Assembly: GCF_001194135.2 (NCBI RefSeq)
Contig: NC_069005.1
Span: forward strand, 19,233,359 to 19,297,358
Length of the DNA: 64,000 nucleotides
Source: Octopus bimaculoides
Taxonomy: Eukaryota
Direction: 5' to 3'
Part shown: piece by piece, positions 51,649 through 64,000 of the stretch
Numbering within the stretch: the first letter of the stretch is position 1
How the letters are laid out: each line of letters opens with the position of its first letter
The notes under the pieces: generated by a model
Databases searched by the model: none
What the model was told of the DNA's origin: nothing
Seen by the model: only the letters and a program-made list of their open reading frames with translations
Translations under genes and position numbers: made by a program

Positions 51649-51713
51649 TGAGGGAGCCTATAAGCAGTTGCTTATAGGCTCCCTCATCAACTTATAGGCT
51701 CCCTCATCAACTT
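51649..51713. repeat. Perfect hairpin followed by a 20-nt tandem duplication
   Basis: tgagggagcctataagca-gt-tgcttataggctccctca; cttataggctccctcatcaa x2. Confidence 0.95.
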
Positions 51714-51854
51714 GTAGTATTAAACTGTTGTACATTTTAGTGTATGATTGTGTTGATGGATTGTTTTCTCTTTTTCCCCAGTACAGTTACTCTTTCTCAA
51801 AATCCTTAATTATGTGAATGTTAACTGAATCTTTTTATTTTTTTGTTGTTGCAG

Positions 51855-54275
51855 ATGTGAACAAAAAATCGACAACTGACTCTGCATCAGAAAAAGAGGA
51901 TTTAAACGGTAACTCATTGGTCATCAGCAAGATACAATCAAACACAACTACTGATGCTGGACGAAATCAAGAGTTACAAACAGAGGGAATGGGGAAAGAA
52001 CTGGACCAGAAGAGCTGCAAGCCAGCTGATTCGCAAGACTCTACACAGAAGTCTCGCAAGGGCCGCAAAGGTCCTATAGTCTATGCTGAAGATATTCCAG
52101 ATTATAGAGGAAAAGAGAAAATAGAGGATCTCTTGAACTTCATTGGGAAAAGCCCAAACAATGACACTTTAAGCAAGGACAAAAAAAAGAAAAGTAAGAA
52201 AAAAAGCCTCCATGGCCGTCCTTGCCGTTCGAGTGCAGAAAATAAGGATGAAAAAATCGAATTGTTGGAGTCTGATTCAACAGATCTTTATCCAACCAAA
52301 TCTTTGGATAAAGCATGTTGCAACTGCAATAACTCTGAGATTGATGACTGCCTCGGTGATGACAATGGTCAGGCTGATAATAGCATTGTTCTGAATCCGG
52401 AATATTCCTCTCCTAATTCTGCTGAACCCTTTATTCTTGTGGAGAAGAAAAGCAAGAAACGGTTGAATGCAAACCTGAACCGACCGAATAAATTTGCGCC
52501 CAAGTCCCCCTACCGAAACCGAAAGCTAAGCTCGTCAGTCATGCATCCCCACCAGCCTCAGCACTTCCACTGTAATGAAAAAACTGAATTAGACTCTTCA
52601 TATTCTGATTTAGAAGGTTCCTATAAAGCACGTCGCAACTCAACTGGCAACGTCCACATGCAGATGTCTACGGTGCAAAGTATAACTACAGAGGATAGTG
52701 ACAATGAAAGTTGGACATCTTTACCGATTTCTCAGGTTTCTCAGGGAATCCAATTAATAAATGAAAATAGTTACCCAATTTCCTATGCGAAGATAGCTGC
52801 TCTGAGCTTGCCTTTGTCAAACTCTCAGTCATTGAATCGTAGTGTCCCATGTTCTGTGTCTAAAACTGGAGAAAATGTTCCTGGGTGCAAAGAGACTAGT
52901 GCTGTTGTTAAAACCAACAGCGTCAGTGTAATTAAAGACAATCAAGTTAGGCGTACCTCAAATGGCAATGAGCAGAGTTGTTGTGGAAGTGACATCAGCA
53001 CTGAGAATAGTGATAATAGTGCTAATTATTTATTGAAAGACAATGATAATTATTTAGACAGGAGGCATTCGGTTGGGGAGTGCATAGCTAACGGTACTTC
53101 AGTGAAAGAGCCCAAGGCTACGACCTCCACTCCAAAGAACCTACATCATAACAAGGGCCAAAAAGAAAATAAAAACGAGACCAAGGAACAAGATATTTCA
53201 TTTTGTGATCATAAAACATCATCTATATATAAAAATATAGTTTCTGGTCTGTGTCTTAGCTCAACAGAAAACGGGGAGGAGAATTTTAATTTGTCACTTA
53301 ATAATCTAAATAAAGCCAAGAACTTTAATAAAAGCAAACTAGTTTCTCATCACTCCCTTGTACAACAACAGCAGCACCAACAACAACCACCACAGCAGTG
53401 TAATATTTACGTTAATAACAGTAATACAAAATGTAATATGACAGATATTCTTGCTGTGAAATTTATCAATCCAAGAGATAAAAAGCACAATGACAAACAA
53501 TATAAGGTAACTTTTGGTTTTTTCTATGATCCAGACAATAAAAATGGTAGAAATATGACTGGAAATGACACCATTGTTGATAGTAGTAGCTGTCCTCTCT
53601 CTTCAGAACTTCCTACTTCATTGCCTGCTGAGCCCTTTTTGCCCAAGCAGGTATCAAACGATAAAGATGAAGACCACAAGAAGTTAGAGGACAGAGCTGC
53701 AAAACCTGGGTGTAAAGAAGGCAACGGTGTTTTGAAATCATCTCATAATAATAAAATAAATCCTGGTGATGAGGTTACGGGCAAAATCCCTCAACTTCCT
53801 GAGGCAAACTGTGATTCAACTGAGAAGACTGTAAAAAATACTGAAGCTGTCAAATGTGTTAGCAAATTAAATGGAGTTGTTCTTCCCACCAACACAAATT
53901 CTTTAGAAACCTATTCACTTCGAACAAATGAAACACCTGAGAGTGCCACCATTTCAACTAGCTCTACTCTACCAACCACAAGCAATTCCAAAACTGTGAG
54001 TCCCACTGCAGTAGATGACGAAAGACCCCGTGGTTTGTCCAACATTCAGGGAAATAACAACCTCCACCACCATCACACAAGCAATAAAAAAACAATCCCC
54101 GACAGTAAATGCGGGGGAAATAACGGGGATAGTACAGTAAGCTTACAATTCATAGCCCTTTCGTATGGGGATAAAATCCAAAAGGACAATAAACAAAAGG
54201 TGATACATTTCCGGAGTGATGTGGCTGATACCCAGCTCTTCAACCAACAGGAAATTTTATCCTATCTTAGCAATG
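51855..54275 (+). CDS. Large internal coding exon (807 codons) of an uncharacterised, mostly disordered Ser/Asn/Lys-rich protein
   Basis: Uninterrupted >800-codon repeat-free ORF; ttttgttgttgcag acceptor at 51854; G|gtaaat donor at 54276; 2421 nt, phase 1-1; the ORF flanks are intron-like. Confidence 0.9.
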
Positions 54276-54442
54276 GTAAATATAGGTCTTTTTTTTTATT
54301 AACTTTTTTTCACTGTTTCTCATAAATATACAAATTATTTTACTATTCCGATTGTCAGAATAAATGTTACCTTGATTAACCGTTTTCATATATTAACCTG
54401 CCTCCCAGACTGCTTCTTGTTCTAAGACAGAAAAACATCTGC

Positions 54443-54600
54443 TTTAACCCTTTAGCATTTAAACCAGCCATATCTGGCCAAAATAGTCTGTTTTATGTTA
54501 AACTGGTCAGATCTAGCTTCTCACACCTACCCTACAATGTCATTCTAATCATAAACAATCACATCATCAAAGCTATGAGATAATGCATGATTAATTCAAA
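54443..54600. mobile_element. piggyBac-like MITE (partial)
   Basis: ttaaccctttagcatt start; homologous to 8037-8233. Confidence 0.7.
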
Positions 54601-55014
54601 CAGTAAAAGATCAGATAAAAATTTCAGAAGGGTGAATGTCCTCCACTCAATCTTTGAATACTTTTTTTTAGTGGAAGTTCATTTTGTTGCAAACGTTCAG
54701 ATCAGGTCAAATCCTTCCATGCACGCACACTTGGAGATGTCTGGCTAATGCATCAATCCTGTCAATCTCACTTAAGTCTGAGTGAAGACAAATGACTCAG
54801 TTATTTAAAAGAACCTAATTCTGGTTCAATGAAATATATTTTAATGTTTGTTTTTTTCCGCCCTCTCTTATTATCGCCTGTTAAAGAGCTTATACAATTT
54901 TGTGTGTGTATATATATATATATATATATAAAATGCACAAATGGGTGCTAATGTGCNNNNNNNNNNGCTAATGTGCGTTTGTTCATATATACACACACAC
55001 ACACACACATTATT

Positions 55015-55680
55015 ATAGGTGTAGCTGTATGATTAAGTTTATTTCTCAACCATGTGGTCTTGGGTTCAGTCCCACTGCACAGTACCTTGATGAAGTGTCT
55101 TCTATTATAGCCCCAATCCAGCCAAAGCCTTGTGAGTGGATTTGGTAGGTGGAAACTGAAAGAAGCCTGTCACATGTGTTTGGGTACACCCTTGTGAAAA
55201 CATGTGATGTTGGTAAATGAGTACCATCATCATACAAGTGAGGTTGTTTGTTTCCAAATGTGGTCAGTTGCCAGTCATTTAGGCATCAGATAGAATGTGT
55301 AGATATTTTTCTGAGGTTCACTTTGCCTTTCATCATTTCAGGGTTGATAAAAAAAACAAAAAAAAAACAGTACCAACCTACTACAGGTGTAGTCCTCTCC
55401 CACTGGCTATCATAGCCTGAATATTTAATTAATAGTGGGTAGAGTGGCCAAGACAGAACATCTGTGTCTGCTCACAGTTACATCCATGGATATTTATAGC
55501 CATTAGTAAAAGCATGGTACATGCTACTAAGTCTTGCTCAGTTACAAATGACAACTATTGTTACAGGTTCAGTCCCTCTGAGTGGCACCTTTGGCAAGTG
55601 TCTACTACTATAGATCTGGGCTAACCAAAACCTTGTGGGCGGATTTGATACGCAGAAAGTGAAAGAAACCCATGGCGTGT
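55015..55680 (+). mobile_element. SINE A heads (55015-55180, 55545-55680) and a SINE B fragment (55270-55420)
   Basis: Similarity to other copies. Confidence 0.7.
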
Positions 55681-57092
55681 GTGTGTGTGTACATTTTCCA
55701 TGTTGGCATACGTTTAGATGGGTTGACACATTCTGGTGAGCCACTGGGCTACGTAATGTTCCATGTCAGCTTTGACATGGTTTCTACAGCAGCTGGATGC
55801 ATTTCTTAATGCCAACCACTTTTGCACTGGGTGTTTTTTTGTTTTTTTTCATGCCAACAGCACTGGTGAGGTTGCCAAGTAACTCGCAAAACAAGAAAAG
55901 GAAAAAAAGCTCTCAACTAAGTGGAAGGACTATTTGAATGTAAGGCGAGATGGTTTTTATGCCAGGGACAAAATATAGGTGTCTTCCTATAGAGAAGATA
56001 TATGGCTATCCTGCATTATATAAGGGTGAGAGTAGCTGGAAAGTGTGTCACTTATACAGCATCATTAATTTTCAATATTCTGCACAAACATGCTTGGCCA
56101 TCAGGAAATATTACCTTGCTTGGAAACAGGTATGGGTTGGTGGCAGGAAGTGCATCCAGCTGTAGAAAATTTGCTACTATAAATTCTCTCCAATTCATGC
56201 AAACAAAAAAATGAACATTAAACCAATGGTGGTGGTGATGTAATCAGTTGCAATTATAGTGTGCAGCAACCACCACGGAGCGGTGATTCAGTCAGTATTA
56301 TCATCATCATATTTGACATTCCTTTCACAGCACTACTCTGGAATGAAAAAAAAAGACCCTGCATAACTGCACCAACACACCTCATTTATCCCCATTATTT
56401 GTGTAGCTTTCTGTGCAGTTTGTTAAGTCCCAGGTCAGTTCTTACTGGCTTGACCTGTAATAAAAAGAAACTGTTCTAGACATGACAAGCTGGGTTATTG
56501 TTTGTTTTGAGACATTGTATATCTAGCACTGTATTATTATCTAATGTGTCCTTCCTTCCTGTAAAGAGAGTAGTAATGTGATTTGGCATTTTGTGCTATT
56601 TCTAGAAGTAAATTTGTATGATTGAAGTGGGGTGGTTACTTGTTTCAGTCATTGGACTGCAGCCATGCTGAGACACTGCTTTGAAGAATTTATTCAAATA
56701 AATCAACCCTGGTACTTATACAAGAATAAGTAGACTTTACAATAAGTCCATCTATTCTAGATTTGTCTTAAAATAAGTCTAGAATATTCTTTCTTAAAAT
56801 ATTTTAGACTCTAAGTCTTTGGCAAAGATAAAATAATTATGCCAAAGAGTTATTCTATCAACTTTTTTGCTAAACCTGCAAGGTTGTAAAGAAACCAGTA
56901 CCAGTTGTCACTGGACACACGGACACACATTGTGACTTCTCAGCTAGATCACATGCTGGTTTATTGAGTCATGCTCATATGCATATTGTTTTTGGTGGCC
57001 TGAGGAGTCACCAGGTGAAGTAAATGAATTGTAAACATTGGTGAATGGTAGTAATAGTAGTGTAAGGATGATGTTGGTTATCTATTTGGTTG

Positions 57093-57123
<31 letters not shown>

Positions 57124-58235
57124 CTGTCTTCTAACTCAACACTCATATGTATACATATACACACACACACAACGGGCTTCTTTCAGCTTCCATCTATCAA
57201 ATCCACTCACAAGGCTTTGGTCAGCCTGGAGTTATAGAAGACATTTGCCCAAGATGCCAACTGTGATGGCAATCTATTGTGAGGGTGTTGAAGAATTTTG
57301 CTTAGAAGTCTGAAAATAGATGTTGGATTCTCAGTGTTATATAATAATGTAATGTTAAAACTGCAAAGTTATCTGGTCGCTAGTTTTAACACAAAAACTG
57401 CTGTGCTACTGTTTTTGTTTCAGTTTATTTTGGCATCATTATGCTGATGTTTGAAATTAATTAACCTGAAATTTTGCTGGAAGGTTCTACTTTACGTGAC
57501 TTTAAAACAAAGTTTGTATCATAAACCAGGGGTGTCTTCAGGCAGGTTTTGAATGAGAAGGACTCAATGGGTGAGATAAGGAGAAAACACTTTTCACTGT
57601 AGTCAATGTGAAAAGTTAATTTACGTTTCTTTTTTTCTGAGGTTTTTTTTTTCTTTTTCTTTTCTTTTCTGAAAGAAAGATTTAAGGAAGGGTGATTCTT
57701 CATCATTAAAAAAAAGCTAACACATGAATTAGAAGCATTGTGGGGTGGGCAAGATATATATGAGAGAGAAAGCCAAGAGATATATATGTGAGATAGTGGA
57801 CACCTGATCGTCACTGTCCATCTCCTTGAGAATACCTTTAATTCATTCTCACTCTCTCTCTCTTAAACGTAGGTAGGTATGTAACCCCACTACACCAACC
57901 TTTTCCCCTCATACTTTAGCCTCCATCTAACATATGGACACTGCATCCTCCCTCCCTGGGTTTAACTTGCAAGCTATACAGGGACCTCATTTGTGTCAGT
58001 GGCCCCAAAATAGCACCCAGTACACACTATAGTGGTTGGCATTAGGAAGGGTATCCAGCTATAGAAATCATGACAAAACAGACATTCAAATATAATGGAG
58101 TCTTTGATTCATTGGATCCTTGTCAAATCATCCAACCTATGCCAGCATGGAATACAGACATTAAATGATTATATATATATAAATGATATATATATATGAT
58201 TATACATACATAGATAGATAGATAGATAGATTTTA

Positions 58236-61200
58236 GGTTTTACTTGACTCAATAGATCTCCTTAAGCACGGCGTATCACCAGATGATTCAAAGGTACTTT
58301 TTAAATGGGTTGCTTATGCAACACTGCTATAGGCTACAGCTGTGATCTCACTTGCTGGGTCTTCTCAATTACAGCGTATCTCCCAAGGTCTCCGTCTCTT
58401 GTCGTTGCCTTTGTGAGGCCCAACGTTTGAAGGTCATACTTCACCACCTCATCCCATGTCTTCCTGGGTCTCGCTCTTCCGCAGGTTCCTTGCACTCCTC
58501 ATCCATATGCAGCACATTACCATACCAGTGCAGTCGTCTCCCTTGCACACTACATCTGATGCTTATGTCCAACATTTCTCTCAAGGTGCTTACACACTGT
58601 TGTTAAACATCCAGTGGATCATACTAGCTTCATTTCTTTCAAGCTTATGTATATCCTCAACAATCATGGCCCATGTTTCACTGTTGTGTAGCATGGCAGT
58701 ACACACATATGCATCATACAGTCTACCTTTCACTCTGAGTGAGAGGCCCTTTATCACCAGTAGAGGTAGGAGCTTTCTGAACTTTGCCCAGACTATTCTT
58801 ATTCTAGTGGCAATGCTCTCCAAACATCCACCCCCACTACTTACTTGGTTGCCTAGGTAGTGGAAGCTATCAACTACTTCTGGTTTCTCCACCTGGCATG
58901 TGATGGAATCTGTTTTCTGAGCATCTGTAGTGTTTTTTTGCCCCTGTGCATCTGCCGCACACAAAAGCTGTCATCCCAGTTAACCTTCCTTTGATGTTGC
59001 TGCACCTCTTATGCGTCCATAGCTTACACTGGGTACATCTTATGGAGTTTCTACCTACACCTTTTCTACAGATCGATCAGGGCCATCTAGCTGAAGGGCT
59101 TTGTGATTTGTTCACCTTCCTACTTTCTAGGGCTTTGGTTTTTGCAACATTGACTCTAAGGCCCTTTGATTCTAAACCTTGCTTCCACACCTGAAATTTT
59201 TCTCTAGTTCTGGTAGTGATTCAGCTATGAGAGCAAGATCATCAGCGTAGAGAAGCTCCCAGGGGCATCCTGCCTTGAATTCCTCTGTTATTACCTGGAG
59301 GACTATGATGAATAAGAGGGGGCTGAGGGCTGATCCTTCGTGAATCCCTACTTCTACCTGGAATTCTTCACTATACTCATTGCCAACCCTTATTTTACTG
59401 ACAGCATCCCTGTTTTCTGCATCGCCTGCCAGATAAGGCATCGGAGGACCCTGTCAAAGGTTTTTTCCATGTCAACAAAAGCCAAGTATAGGGGTTTATC
59501 TTTGGTTAGCTATTTCTCCTGCAGTTGCTTTACCAAGAATATAGTATTGGTGGCGCTTCTACCTGGCACAAATCTGAACTGTACTTAGTCTAAGCAGACT
59601 CTCTCCCTAATTAGTTGTGCTATGACCCTCTCTGTGACCTTCATCACAGTTTGTAATCCCGGTGTGATCCAGCAGTTTGATACCCCTGTAGTTATTCCTA
59701 TCTAATGCATCACCTTTACCTTTATAACAGTTGACTATGGTGCTGCTATGCCAGTCATTGGGTATGACTCTTTTGCGGACTACCTGGTTTGCAATACAAG
59801 TGACTAGACCATAACCCACACCCAGATATTTTAAGTATCTCAGCAGTGATTCCTGATGGGCTTGGGTCTTTTCCTGATTTCATGCCCTTAATTGCTTTAT
59901 CTACCTGGGTGTTATCAATTCGGTTAGCTGGTCCCTCGACTGGGTCAACATTTGGCAGGCTCTCCTCCTCCCATTCATTCTCCACATTCAGCAACCTTTC
60001 ATAATGGCATCTCCAAGCCTCTTTCTTTGAAGAATCATTAAAAGCAAGTGCACCATCATCCATGCGGACACATTTCTCTCCTGTGACATCACAATTTTCT
60101 GTCGCACACCGTCTTGCAATCTGTAATACTTCAGTTCTTTGGTCCTCACATTGCTGAACATTGGCAAACTTCTTTTCTGCTTCTCCCTTAACTATATATA
60201 TCTGTCTCCCAGCCTCGCTTCTGGCTATCTGGTACAGTTCCCTGCTACCCCCAATTCTTCCAGGTTTTCCAGGCCTGTTTCTTTGCTCTAATGCCCTTGT
60301 CTACTGTATTATTCCACTACCACATTACCCTAGCTATGGAAGGGACTTTGCACCAGCCGCAGATTTGGTCTGTGGCACTCAGTAAGTTGTCATGTAGGAA
60401 TTTCCATTTACCCTCTATGTCACAAATGTGTAGCTCCTACTCCTTATCAAATTCCTTAATGAGGATGTCCCCAAATCTCTGACCATGTGAAGGGTTCTTC
60501 AGCTTCCAAATCCTTTTCTGGATTGGTCTGCTTCTTGGCATCCTTCTGGCCTAAAGTCACTAATCACTAGTCTATGCTTGGGGTGGGGTACATTCTTCAC
60601 CAGGGAGGGTCTTAGTAACCATGCATCCCACTGTCTGGTGAGGATGAAATCAATCTGGCTTGCAGAGTCGCCTGATTGACAGGTTATCAGGTGGCTCTCT
60701 GGCTTCCTGAAGTTGGCGTTGCAGATTAATAGGTTGCTTGCACCACAGAACTCCAGTAGCCTAGTTCCCTCTTCATTTCAGGAACCAATTCCATGGCACC
60801 TGTGAACACCATAGAAGATACCAGATTGCTGTCCTACATACTCGTTGAAATCTCCAACCACAAAGATGAGGTCATTGCCACTCATCTTTGAGGTAGCCTG
60901 TAGAAGGGTATCATAAAAGTGGTCCTTCTGATTGTTTGGGAGGCCATCTTGTGGGGTGTAGGCAGAGATAATTGTAGCTATACTATTCTGCAGGACTAGC
61001 CTGAGCTTAAGCACTTTATCACATGCTCTGACTACCATTATGACCTTATTCACCCATTTCTCTGCAAGGAGTATGCCTACACCCCCTACTCCATCACTAT
61101 TACCATCCCAGATTTTATACCTATGTGCCTTGCCTGTGAGGACCCTGGCTGAAGCTCCTCCCCACCTTACCTCTCAAGCATCTTGACAATGTCACTAGAC

Positions 61201-61290
61201 TTATTTTTCAATGTGCCGACATTGACAGCACCAACTCTAAAAACAGGGAAAGGAATGTGAGAGGAGACATGGGGAGGGTTGTTATTCAGT
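58236..61290 (-). mobile_element. Near full-ORF RTE-clade LINE (APE endonuclease + RT + PHD-type finger), inactivated
   Basis: RVGAVNVGTL; ISAYTPQ..GDFN; NYRGIKLL; GSALSPLLF; LLYADDL; SETW; RPRKTW; several stops and frameshifts. Confidence 0.97.
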
Positions 61291-62029
61291 GCCTGAAAAG
61301 GTTTCCATGTTTGTTTGATAGACATGCTGCACCTTTTCTCACATTTGACCTATCATCATTCAAGCATGTTAAGATTGTTGCCCCTATTGGGGGTAGTGGT
61401 AAGTGTTAGCGGCATTGTAAGTATAAGCATTATGAACATCGTAAATATGAATATCAATATGCCAATGTTAGATTAAGTAGGTGGACAGCTAAACTAGTTG
61501 CATTTGTCCCGGAGAGGAGGGAGGCAAAATTGCAAGGTGTGATAAAGGAGACCACCAGTGAGGGAGGGAGTTTCCAGTAAGAGTAGAGAGATATCAGGTA
61601 TTGGTGGTGAGGGCAGGAATGGGTGGGTGCACTGCAAACAAGCAAGGGTTAATTTAAGAGATAGTATGAAAAAAATATGTAGCCAACTTGGGAACACGGG
61701 AGAGGAGAGCTGAGGGGATCAGAGAGATTTCATTTGGAAATTACATGAAGAATTAAGGAGAAAACTAAGGCGGAGGGAGAGAGAGATTAGGAAGTTATAT
61801 ATGGAAGAGTTAATTTAGATAATTAGCTTCTGAAAGTAGATATTAGTAAATAATGCATATTAATAATGAATGAATGAAAAGATAGAAAAAACGAGAAAAT
61901 AGCTTAGTAGTGCATAACTGGGTGCCAATAGATACCAACGCTGGAATGAGTTGCATGAAAATCTGAGAGGGAAATATGTGAGCAAGGTATTTTTATAAAA
62001 TCTAAAATCACAGTCAGAATCTCAATCAA

Positions 62030-62480
62030 ATCAATAACAGAAATTGTAGTTGTGGCCAATGCCAGTGCTGCCTGACTGGCTCTCCATGCTGGTGGCACAT
62101 AAAAAGCACCCACTACACTCTCGGAGTGGTTGGCATTAGGAAGGGCATCCAGCTGTAGAAACATTGCCAGTCCCCAGTCAAACCGTCCAACCCATGCCAG
62201 CATGAAAAACAGATGATGAAGATATACTGGAAGAGATACCTGGCCTTGCTCAGGATTAAAATGAGTTTTTTTTTATATTATTTTACTTGTTTCGGTTATA
62301 ACTGCGACCATACTGGAGCACCGCCTTTGCTCAAAATAAATTGACCACAGCATTTATTCTTTGTAAGCCTAGTACTTATTATATCAGTGTCTTTTGCTGA
62401 ACCACTAAGTTATGGGAACATAAACACAGCAACATCGGTTGGCCAGCAATGGTGGGTACAAGCACACACACACGTCTTGT
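62030..62480. mobile_element. RTE 3' tail (+, 62030-62220) and SINE A tail (-, 62250-62480)
   Basis: Similarity to other copies. Confidence 0.75.
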
Positions 62481-62583
62481 TTCTACATATGTATACACAC
62501 ACATATATACATAAGCATATATATGTGCATATAGACATACATATACACACACACAAATATATATATATATATACACACACGCA

Positions 62584-62635
<52 letters not shown>

Positions 62636-62739
62636 TAAATATAAATACATATTGAAAGTAACAGAAATGAAACTAATATATNNNNNNNNNNCAGAAATGA
62701 AACTAATATATATATATATATAGATACATAATGAAAGTA

Positions 62740-63480
62740 ACTGAAATTAAAACCACATAATAGTGAAAGTATTAATAGAGATGCTATTGTTTCACTTTTG
62801 ACATGTGATATTGAAACAGTGTAAGAGACGAGATTGCTCTGGGCTCGTGTTAGGCGTGAAGTCGAAGATTTTTTTGACCCATGACACTGCATGGAACCTA
62901 AGTAAGGCATGTGTAAAATTTGAATGAAATCCATTGGGTAGTTCTCTAGTTTTAGTGATGCATGACAGACATTCTCGGTTTTATATATATCTACTACATA
63001 TGTGGAAAATCGGTGTGTGCTTGTTTGTGGCGTTAAGTGAGTAGAACTCGTGTCTGGAAACCTCGTGACATACTTAGATTGTTGAAAAACATCAAAAATG
63101 CAGCCCCTGGAAGGGACCTTTATCTACTTCATATAACTATTTTTTTAAACACCCAAGGGAAATAACCCATAGCATCTGTACAATATTATTTTTAAACACT
63201 CAAGGGAAATAACCCATTTCGTTGTTTGTGTTCGATTATTTTGAATATTGATTTTTGTGTCTTATTTCTAATTTTTGCAGACAATATCACTTTTATATTT
63301 TATTTAACATGTGAGTAGAATTCATGTCTTGAAACCTCGTGACATACTTAGATTGTTGAAAATAGTCGATAGTAGGGCCCTTCCAATGTATCCTATCTAC
63401 TACATATTACTAATATTTTATTTTAAACAACCCGAGGGAAATAACCCGTACCACTCACAGTTTTGAACTGCTAAACATTA
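62740..63480. mobile_element. Helitron-like non-autonomous fragments with internal duplications
   Basis: 62790-62900 homologous to 20570-20660; A|TCTACTACATAT start at 62990; 52-nt block duplicated (63037, 63311); 26-nt motif x3. Confidence 0.5.
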
Positions 63481-63968
63481 TTATTGCGCTTCCTTAATTT
63501 GAATCTTAAACATTAAAGACTTCATTCATACATTTCTATACATACATACTTTTTGGAATGCCTATTACTCCGATAATTCTGCATTTTTACAGTTATTTTT
63601 TTTCCATGACAGTAGATAAATTTTTTTATTCCACAACGTATTTGTAGTGGCTTTATGCAGGCATAGCGTGGATTCAATCCTCGATTGCCAAATTTCACTT
63701 AACACTTCAACAGTGCTTTTCTCATGGTAAAACAATAGTTTTTCTATGAATGACAGCAGTTTTACATTTCCCAGATGCCTTCACTAAGCAGAATGTCTTT
63801 GCCTCTCACCAACCTCCGACAATCTCTCCCTCCTCCAGCTGACGTCTTTTGTACTTTTTCATGATGGAAAATACACCTTTTGTGGCAGTTATAATGAAAT
63901 TGCTTTCTTATATCACACTAATAAGGCATTTCAATAGAACATCTTTACCCCCAGGAATTACCAGGTAG

Positions 63969-64000
<32 letters not shown>

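Larger units (their letters stand above)
21568..62691. other. Assembly gaps: 21568-21970, 40785-40984, 42629-43072, 45312-45466, 54957-54966, 62682-62691
   Basis: Runs of N. Confidence 1.

Noticed and set aside
51818-51854. ATG start of the 835-aa ORF
   Set aside because: The first 12 codons lie in a T-rich acceptor tract ending gcag, and the ORF tail after 54275 is also intron-like; this is an internal exon.
54947-54976. Direct repeat gctaatgtgc across a 10-N gap
   Set aside because: Unmerged contig overlap, an assembly artefact.
62662-62711. 20-nt direct repeat across a 10-N gap
   Set aside because: Unmerged contig overlap, an assembly artefact.
54276-64000. Next coding exon of the main gene
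   Set aside because: No convincing phase-1 exon found; it probably lies beyond the window.

Overview
AT-rich eukaryotic genomic DNA dense in microsatellites and transposons, with six N-gaps. The SINE, RTE and Helitron repertoire points to an octopus (recognised from memory, not searched). The only firm protein-coding feature is a 2421-nt plus-strand internal exon (51855-54275, phase 1 to phase 1) of an unnamed, largely disordered Ser/Asn/Lys-rich protein. Several small phase-compatible upstream exon candidates and a CpG-rich promoter-like region (~10.2-14.4 kb) suggest most of the window is intron of this gene. The rest is mobile DNA: tRNA-derived SINEs, RTE LINEs (one ~3 kb copy with endonuclease, RT and an embedded PHD-type finger), a deleted mariner, a Helitron relic and hAT/piggyBac-like MITEs. 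The most interesting signals are: (i) a tRNA-headed short element with intact Pol III boxes and a Penelope-type minimal hammerhead ribozyme core (30040-30328), plus a second hammerhead half-site (21403); (ii) a 172-nt near-perfect foldback that contains a candidate 47-nt cassette exon (31628-31799); (iii) further long inverted repeats that could be dsRNA/ADAR substrates. No CRISPR, rRNA or genuine tRNA gene was found.
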